Shown here one piece after another: positions 8,001 through 12,915 of a stretch of DNA of 32,000 bases. The notes under the pieces were generated by a model. The model had not been told where the DNA came from, made no database searches, and saw nothing but the letters and a program-made list of their open reading frames with translations. The stretch spans positions 2,250,001-2,282,000 of the forward strand of contig NC_014034.1 in assembly GCF_000021865.1 (NCBI RefSeq), in the 5' to 3' direction. Each line of letters opens with the position of its first letter. Positions within the stretch are counted from its first letter, which is position 1. The translations under genes and the position numbers were made by a program. This DNA is from Rhodobacter capsulatus SB 1003 (lineage in GTDB: Bacteria; Pseudomonadota; Alphaproteobacteria; Rhodobacterales; Rhodobacteraceae).

Positions 8001-8222
8001 TCATGTCCCGGCGACCAGGGCGCGCACGACAGCGGCAATTCGCTCGACCGAAGCACCGGGTTCCAACCGGACGATGACCGCCCCCATCACGATCTCGGGG
8101 CCGGAGTTGCTCCCCGGCTGCGGAACATCGTTCTGCGGTGCCACCATCAGCGCCGCGAATTCCTCAGGATCTTCGGGGGCGGGCAAAACCAGCCGCCCCT
8201 GCCGGGCAAGTGTGTGCCACGA
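8001..8222 (-). pseudogene. IS66 TnpA (Orf1), C-terminal fragment
   Basis: ...WHTLARQGRLVLPAPEDPEEFAALMVAP...IVMGAVIVRLEPGASVERIAAVVRALVAGT matches the usual TnpA C-terminus. The N-terminus was removed by the IS407-like end at 8223. Confidence 0.7.
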
Positions 8223-8248
8223 TGACCTGCCCCCCGGTCGTCCCTCAG

Positions 8249-8596
8249 TCATAACGAGAGTCCTTGGGGTTGATAGTGGTCGGTTTCGGGTTGGGCAAGC
8301 GCGCCGGGCGCGGAGCCCTCAGATTGCTCAAGCGCTCGGCGCGCTTCTGCCGGGGTCTGATTGCCCAGCGAGGAATGCGGCCTGATGTGGTTGTAGTCGT
8401 AGCGCCACAAGGCCAAGGTGCGCCGGGCATCGGCGAGGCTGTCGAAGATCTCCTCGTTGAGGCATTCGTCGCGTAGACTGCCGTTGAAGCTCTCGATGAA
8501 GCCGTTTTGCTGCGGCTTGCCGGGGTCGATGTAGTGCCACTCCACCTTGTTGACGTTCGCCCATTTCAGGATGGCCTTGCTGGTAAACTCGGTGCC
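8249..8596 (-). pseudogene. IS407-group OrfB, C-terminal part (split by the IS110 insertion)
   Basis: [78 protein letters not shown] (rve domain with the DDE glutamate context). Confidence 0.85.
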
Positions 8597-8734
8597 ATAG
8601 CATGTTGGTAATGACGCGCCGTTGAAGGTTATGGCCGTCTGCGCAGCCTCCAAAATTGCGCGAGCCAGGCGGCCATAACCAGGGCTCAGGTCTCTATGGT
8701 GGTTTTGCGAACCACACCACAGAGGAGACCGGCT

Positions 8735-10018
8735 ATGGCCAAGGTTGAGCATACTTCGGATGCCCGTGTTCTGGTAGGCATCGACATTTCCAAACACCGG
8801 CACGAGGTGCTGATTGCCGTCCCGGGCAAGACGCGGCGCCGCCGGATGACGGTGCTGAACACCGCCGAGGATTATCGCCGTCTGATCGCTGCTTTGCTTG
8901 ATTATGGCCTACCGGTCACCATCGGCTTCGAGGCGACGGGCAACTACCACCGGGCGCTGATGTTCGCCCTCGGGGCCGCGGGATTCGATCTGAAGCTCGT
9001 CTCTTCCGTCGCTCTCGCCCGCACGCGAGAAGCGTTGCACAACAGCTGGGACAAGAACGATCCCAAGGATGCGCAGGTCATCCTGCGGATGCTGGAGATC
9101 GGGGCAGTTCAAGTCTTTCACGACCCGCTGGTCGTCGGCACTTGCGACATCCAGGAACTGTCAAAGACCTACGAGATGGTCGCGCGGTCGAAGACAGAAC
9201 TGTGGCATCGTATCCTGACCCATTACCTGCCCCTGTATTTTCCCGAGGCGGACCGGTTCCATCGCAGTTCTCGTGGAGACTGGTTCTTGGCGTTACTTGA
9301 GGCCTTTCCATCTCCTTACATGATCACCGCCATGGACAAGGACGCCTTCATAGAGGCTGCCTGGCCGGTGATTGGTCGCCGCGTCGCCAAGGCGGCGCTA
9401 TTGGCGGATATCTACGAGACATCAAAGACTTCCGTGGGTTTGCCCGTCGCGCCAGACTCCGATGCAATCCGGATGTTCCGTCTCGTTTTGGCGCAGGGAC
9501 GCAGCCTTGTTCAGCAGCGCAACGCCATTGAGGACCGTGCGACAGAGCTGCTGGCCGACCATCCAGATTATCAACTGCTGCGCACGATACCCGGGATCGG
9601 GCCTGTCAATGCGCTGGCCGTTCTGGCCGAAGCCGGTGATCTGCGCCGCTTTCGCCATCACCGCCAGTTTCTGAAGTTCTGCGGCATGGACCTGGCGACG
9701 GTGCAATCCGGTGTGTTCCGCGGACGAAGCAAGATCTCGAAGTATGGCAACGCCCGCCTGCGTCGCACACTCTGGCTGGCCAGTCAGGCCGCCGTGCTAA
9801 AGCCCGCCAACAGCTTCCGCGACAAGTTCGAGCGATACATCGCGCAGGACCGGCACAACCCGGATCTTCGGCGCAAGGCCTATACTGCCATCGCCGCCAA
9901 GATGGCGCGCACCATTCACGCCGTGATCAAGTCCGGCGAACCCTATCGCCCCTTCTTCGAGGGGGCGAGCCCAGGCGGAAGGACCCCTCTCTGTAGAGCC
10001 GTGGAGGCAGCTTCCTGA
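8735..10018 (+). CDS. IS110-family DEDD transposase (recombinase)
   Basis: MAKVEH...[27 protein letters not shown] and [12 protein letters not shown] form the DEDD/RuvC-like N-terminal domain. [22 protein letters not shown]...[20 protein letters not shown] is the C-terminal Tnp domain. The ATG at 8735 is preferred over the upstream start at 8696. Confidence 0.9.
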   Translation: MAKVEHTSDARVLVGIDISKHRHEVLIAVPGKTRRRRMTVLNTAEDYRRLIAALLDYGLPVTIGFEATGNYHRALMFALGAAGFDLKLVSSVALARTREALHNSWDKNDPKDAQVILRMLEIGAVQVFHDPLVVGTCDIQELSKTYEMVARSKTELWHRILTHYLPLYFPEADRFHRSSRGDWFLALLEAFPSPYMITAMDKDAFIEAAWPVIGRRVAKAALLADIYETSKTSVGLPVAPDSDAIRMFRLVLAQGRSLVQQRNAIEDRATELLADHPDYQLLRTIPGIGPVNALAVLAEAGDLRRFRHHRQFLKFCGMDLATVQSGVFRGRSKISKYGNARLRRTLWLASQAAVLKPANSFRDKFERYIAQDRHNPDLRRKAYTAIAAKMARTIHAVIKSGEPYRPFFEGASPGGRTPLCRAVEAAS

Positions 10019-10272
10019 CCTCGTAGATAATGTTCGCCATCGTCGGGGAAACGATCCCCCGGATCGTTCCCTGATCCTCCTCTGTCCGCTTGGGATTTCG
10101 GATCTCGTCTTGAGGACGGTGAGGGCGGCAATCAGGCCGACCCTGTATTTGCTATGGAAGAGACCACTTCTTGACGGCGGAGCCCGCCTGGGCAACTATT
10201 CAACAGGTATCCGGTCGCTCGGATGCCCCGTGATCTGATGCCTCAAACGGCAAATCGTTCCCAACATAGGAC
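10019..10272 (+). ncRNA. Candidate IS110/IS1111-type guide (bridge / seek) RNA region in the 3' noncoding end
   Basis: The call rests on position only. A 254-nt structured noncoding segment lies downstream of the transposase, as in the IS1111 subgroup. It contains TGCTATGG, which matches the reverse complement of the left-end junction (catGCTATGGcacc). It also contains a family C hairpin at 10040-10083. Confidence 0.3.
10040..10083 (+). repeat. Hairpin element, family C
   Basis: TCGTCGGG-GAAACGATCC-CCC-GGATCGTTCC-CTGATCCTCCTC. Both flanks are shared with the reverse complement of 5700-5745. The stems differ but stay complementary. Confidence 0.65.
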
Positions 10273-10770
10273 GTTGTCAGAAACGATGCAGGCGGGTTTT
10301 CCATAGATCCGGACCAAGGCGTCCAATTCGCGTGCGACCCGTGCGCCGGAGATGCTGGTGTCGGCAATCAGGGCGAGGTTTTCGCGGCAGCAGTCGTCGT
10401 TCACGGCGAGGATGCGGAACTTTCGGCAGGCCCCGAACGTGTCGGACATCGAGCCATGGGAACGCCACCGGTCCGAGTGACCATGGCGAGGGTCCAGCGA
10501 CCCGCGCTGGTTCGGCCGCAGCGGCACCGGCATTGGTGTGCGGCTGCCACGTGCCCGTTTGCGAGCACGACGGCGTCGCACCGACAGGCCTTCTTCCCGG
10601 TAAATCCGGTAGAGCCCTCCGCCCTACAAACGATCCCCCGGATCGTTTGCTTGACGGGCTACGATTTCGTTCATGATCATGCCCTTGCGCTCGAGCAGGA
10701 TGCCGACGCGCCGATAGCCGAAGCGACGGCGCTTCTCGACGATCTCGTGCATCGCCTCACGGATTTCCGG
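10273..10770 (-). pseudogene. IS407-group OrfB, N-terminal/middle part, lacking its first ~55 codons and broken by a hairpin insertion
   Basis: PEIREAMHEIVEKRRRFGYRRVGILLERKGMIMN / LYRIYREEGLSVRRRRARKRARGSRTPMPVPLRPNQR.SLD...SDTFGACRKFRILAVNDDCCRENLALIADTSISGARVARELDALVRIYGKPACIVSDN. Confidence 0.85.
10615..10668. repeat. Hairpin insertion related to family C (same stem-loop core, different flanks)
   Basis: It carries the perfect 10-bp stem CAAACGATCC-CCC-GGATCGTTTG (10627-10649). It replaces about 3 codons between GMIMN and LYRIYREEG and introduces a TAG. It shares AACGATCCCCCGGATCGTT with 10050-10068. Confidence 0.65.
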
Positions 10771-10811
10771 CCTCGCCATTGGGCTTGAACCAATGGCGCC
10801 ACAATGGCTCG
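10771..10811 (-). repeat. Hairpin mini-insertion, family A (CCATTGG/CCAATGG subfamily)
   Basis: The reverse complement is CGA-GCCATTG-TGG-CGCCATTGGTTCAAG-CC-CAATGGC-GAGG. It lies just after ...LVADVMLD of OrfA, at the same site as the copy at 12481-12521. Confidence 0.8.
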
Positions 10812-11083
10812 ATCCAGCATCACATCCGCCACCAGGCGCTTCAGCTTCGCGTTCTCGGCCTCGAGCTGCTTGAGCCGATTGGCGTCCGAAAGGTCCATCC
10901 CGCCATACTTGGCCTTCAGCTTGTAGAACGTCGCAGGGCTCAAACCGTGCTTACGGCAAAGCTCGGAGGTCGGCAAACCGGCCTGCTGCTCTTTGATCAT
11001 CCCGATAATCTGTTCGTCGGGGCTTACGCGGCCCCATCAGGGGCCACGGTCCCCTCCTCATCGGTGAAACGGCTCTTTCGCAT
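10812..11083 (-). pseudogene. IS407-group OrfA (copy 1), interrupted after codon 7 and at its 3' end
   Basis: MRKSRFT / DEQIIGMIKEQQAGLPTSELCRKHGLSPATFYKLKAKYGGMDLSDANRLKQLEAENAKLKRLVADVMLD. Confidence 0.85.
11017..11060 (+). repeat. Hairpin mini-insertion, family B
   Basis: TCGGGGCTTACGCGGCCCCATCAGGGGCCACGGTCCCCTCCTCA. TCGG recurs at 11061-11064. Removing the insert restores ttcaccgacgaacag (FTDEQ). The copy in IS407 copy 2 lacks this insert. Confidence 0.85.
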
Positions 11084-11150
11084 TCGTCTGCTCCTTAAGG
11101 TTGGGCAGACTCTACATCAGATTGAGGGAACTTCCGGGAGGCAGGTCACA

Positions 11151-11596
11151 TCGAAAAGGAAATCCGCGGCCGTGACCCGGCCACGCGCGTGAAAATCCGG
11201 CAGAGGTTCTCCAGGCCGATCGTCGAGGCCCTGCGGCCTTGGCTCGAGGGCTGCCTGCAGCAGCTTTCCTCGACGAACGAACTGACGCGGCACATCCGAT
11301 ACGGTCTGAAACGTTGGGCGGGGCTGACCCGGTTCCTGGACGACGGTCGGCTCGAAATGGACACCAACGGCGTCGAAAACGCGATCCGTCCGATTCCGCT
11401 GACGAGGAAAAACGCGCTCTTTGCGGGCTCCGATGACGGGGCGAAAACCTGGGCCCGCATCGCCTCGCTGATCGGCACCTGCCGCCTCAATGGCATCAAC
11501 CCCGAGGCCTATATCGCCGCCACGCTCCGCAAGATCCTAGACCAGCACATGCAAAGCGATATCGCCGCGCTGATGCCCTGGAACTTCCGAGAATAG
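11151..11596 (+). pseudogene. IS66 TnpC, C-terminal fragment
   Basis: The sequence is as described for the copy B fragment. The 5' part is missing because the IS407 copy 1 end abuts at 11150. Confidence 0.8.
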
Positions 11597-11634
11597 TCAA
11601 GCCGCTAGGCAAAGGGTGATGAGCGGGCGCTTAC
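11151..11634 (+). mobile_element. IS66-family right-end fragment (tnpC 3' part plus terminal repeat), copy B
   Basis: The TnpC C-terminus is IEKEIRGRDPATRVKIRQRFSRPIVEALRPWLE...TNGVENAIRPIPLTRKNALFAGSDDGAKTWARIASLIGTCRLNGINPEAYI. It ends with the IS66-type terminus ...GGGCGCTTAC at 11634. Confidence 0.8.
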
Positions 11635-11813
11635 GAACAGATACACCGCGCCATTGTAGGGATCGTGGCCGAGCACGTTCTGCACGACCAGCGCGAGCCC
11701 CGCGTGTTCCTCGGGCTTACGCGGCCCCACCGGGGCCACGGTCCCTCGTCATTGCGGAAGTCCACCGGACGCGTCGCCAGATAGGCGCGGGTGACCCCGC
11801 CCGGCAGGATCAC
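11635..11813 (-). pseudogene. IS66 TnpB, N-terminal fragment with a family B insertion
   Basis: MILPGGVTRAYLATRPVDFRK / EHAGLALVVQNVLGHDPYNGAVYLFVS, then truncated. Confidence 0.75.
11711..11751 (+). repeat. Hairpin mini-insertion, family B
   Basis: TCGGGCTTACGCGGCCCCACCGGGGCCACGGTCCCTCGTCA. Removing exactly this segment restores gacttccgcaag|gaacacgcg (DFRKEHA). No target duplication is visible. Confidence 0.85.
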
Positions 11814-12271
11814 GACGATGTCTCCCGCAGCGCCGCAACCACCCGGCCAAGATGCGCCGCGTCGAAGCCGGTCGGCACAAGGATCCGCACCCCGACAATC
11901 TCCAGCTGCAAGCTGGTCTCGGGCCGATCACCCGGTACGGCGCCCCCGCTCACCACGATCGGCACAAGCCCGAGGGCATCATCCTCCGGCATCGGCAAAA
12001 GCCCCTCGCGCGCAGCCCGACGCCAGGCATGCAATTGCGGCGCCGAAACCCCATGACGCCGCGCCACGTCGGCCACCGTCACCCCGTCCCGAAAGGTCTC
12101 GAGCACCATTGCCGCCTTCACATGTTCGGGCCAGCGACGGCGACCGGTCGGCCCCGTCACGATGTCGATACGCCCGGCGTATCCAGGATCATCACTGTGA
12201 GAACTTACGTAAGTTTGTATGTCGCTATCCATCGACGCCTCCGTTGTTACGGGCGTCATCTCGGATGACAT
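11810..12271 (-). CDS. IS66 TnpA (Orf1)
   Basis: RRRWPEHVKAAMVLETFRDGVTVADVARRHGVSAPQLHAWRRAAREGLL...LVPIVV...LQLEIVGVRILVPTGFDAAHLGRVVAALR matches the canonical Orf1 layout. The stop overlaps the tnpB start. Confidence 0.7.
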   Translation of the reverse strand: MSSEMTPVTTEASMDSDIQTYVSSHSDDPGYAGRIDIVTGPTGRRRWPEHVKAAMVLETFRDGVTVADVARRHGVSAPQLHAWRRAAREGLLPMPEDDALGLVPIVVSGGAVPGDRPETSLQLEIVGVRILVPTGFDAAHLGRVVAALRETSS

Positions 12272-12335
12272 CGAGCCTCAAGCAACGAGGGCGATGGCCG
12301 GGCGCTTACGGATCTCCGGATTGTCGGGCGGGTGT

Positions 12336-12749
12336 TCACGCCGCACCGTCTTCGGATCGACACCGATCAGGACGCAGGCCCGGCGTTGAGAGATCGGATG
12401 CCCCTTCATCGCCCGCAGCACCGCGTCCCGCCGTTGCATCGGCGTCGTCAGGGCTTTCCCAAGAGATCCTTCGGCACGACCCTCGCCATTGGGCTTGAAC
12501 CAATGGCGCCACACTGGCTCGATCCAGCATCACATCCGCCACCAGGCGCTTCAGCTTGGCGTTCTCTTCCTCAAACTGCGTCAGCTGCTTGGCATCGGAC
12601 AAATCCATCCCACCATACTTGGCCTTCAGCTTGTAGAAGGTCGCGGGGCTGAGCCCATGCTTCCGGCAAAGCTCGGAAGTCGGCAAACCGGCCTCCTGCT
12701 CTTTGATCATCCCGATGATCTGCGCCTCGGTGAACCGTCTTTTCCTCAT
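12336..12749 (-). pseudogene. IS407-group OrfA (copy 2) with a family A insertion before the frameshift window; the orfB N-terminus follows in another frame
   Basis: MRKRRFTEAQIIGMIKEQEAGLPTSELCRKHGLSPATFYKLKAKYGGMDLSDAKQLTQFEEENAKLKRLVADVMLD / insertion / VVPKDLLGK. The OrfB frame then reads ALTTPMQRRDAVLRAMKGHPISQRRACVLIGVDPKTVRREHPPDNPEI. Confidence 0.8.
12481..12521 (-). repeat. Hairpin mini-insertion, family A (CCATTGG/CCAATGG subfamily)
   Basis: It differs from 10771-10811 at 1 of 41 positions and occupies the same position in OrfA. Confidence 0.8.
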
Positions 12750-12915
12750 TTAGTCTGCTCCTTCTCAGGTTGGGCAGACGCTACATCACGGCGAGGGAAC
12801 TTCCGGGGGGCAGGTCACAAATTTTAGCAAAATCTCGACTCAGTAAAGGAACAAAGGACGCGGGTTATTTTTAAAAATTTTGACCCACCTAAATCACAAA
12901 AGCTGCCAGCCTAAT

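Larger units (their letters stand above)
7576..8004 (-). pseudogene. IS66 TnpB (Orf2), broken by two mini-insertions plus a 1-nt indel
   Basis: MIFPSNRVRIMVATQPI / RKGHDSLAALVKNALRKDPFTGTVF(V)FRARKADRLKLLYWD / NGLVMAYKRLEQHSFTWPAVKDG...LDWRRV. Confidence 0.8.
6491..8222 (-). mobile_element. IS66-family element, partial (tnpA fragment, tnpB, tnpC), copy A
   Basis: The order on the minus strand is the canonical IS66 one: tnpA C-terminus, tnpB (ATGA overlap at 8001-8004), then tnpC. The element is truncated at 8222 by the IS407-like end and at 6491 by the IS3-family end. Confidence 0.75.
8597..10272 (+). mobile_element. IS110-family (IS1111-like architecture) insertion sequence, apparently intact, inserted into the IS407 orfB
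   Basis: Joining the flanks ...ctcggtgcc and gttgtcagaaacg... restores IVSDN|GTEFT of OrfB without an obvious target duplication. The short end repeats are ATAGCATGTTGG and the reverse complement of the right end, GTCCTATGTTGG. The noncoding ends are 138 nt (5') and 254 nt (3'). Confidence 0.8.
8223..11150 (-). mobile_element. IS3-family, IS407-group element, copy 1 (carries a nested IS110-family element and three mini-insertions)
   Basis: The terminal repeats are TGACCTGCCCCCCGGTCGTCCCTC (8223-) and the reverse complement of 11124-11150 (TGTGACCTGCCTCCCGGAAGTTCCCTC). It carries orfA and orfB typical of the IS407 group. Confidence 0.8.
11635..12312 (-). mobile_element. IS66-family left-end fragment (terminal repeat, tnpA, start of tnpB), copy C
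   Basis: The minus strand starts with GTAAGCGCCCGGCC at 12312, followed by tnpA and the tnpB N-terminus. It is truncated at 11635 by the copy B terminus. It is itself inserted into IS407 copy 2 orfB after ...PPDNPEI. Confidence 0.75.
12313..12819 (-). mobile_element. IS3-family, IS407-group element, copy 2 (left ~500 bp only)
   Basis: The terminus on the minus strand is TGTGACCTGCCCCCCGGAAGTTCCCTC, ending at 12819. It carries orfA and the first ~55 codons of orfB, and is cut at 12313 by IS66 copy C. Confidence 0.8.

Noticed and set aside
8161-8235. A plus-strand reading ...PAGQVCAT joined to IEKEIRG at 11151, as if IS407 copy 1 had simply inserted into one IS66 tnpC.
   Set aside because: The same DNA reads convincingly on the minus strand as the IS66 TnpA C-terminus, contiguous with tnpB. 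The plus-strand similarity is only a few residues and is probably coincidental.
5700-12521. Whether the repeated ~40-nt units form a CRISPR array.
   Set aside because: The units belong to three different families, occur in both orientations, are irregularly spaced (from tens of nt to several kb), and sit inside recognisable transposase coding sequence. No cas genes are present in the window.
12481-12521. The hairpin at the IS407 orfA/orfB junction acting as the natural -1 frameshift-stimulating structure.
   Set aside because: It lies upstream of the slippery GGGAAAG window, not downstream. Its 41 nt shifts OrfA into the frame from which a -1 slip cannot reach OrfB. The same sequence family is also found in unrelated IS66 and IS3 genes.
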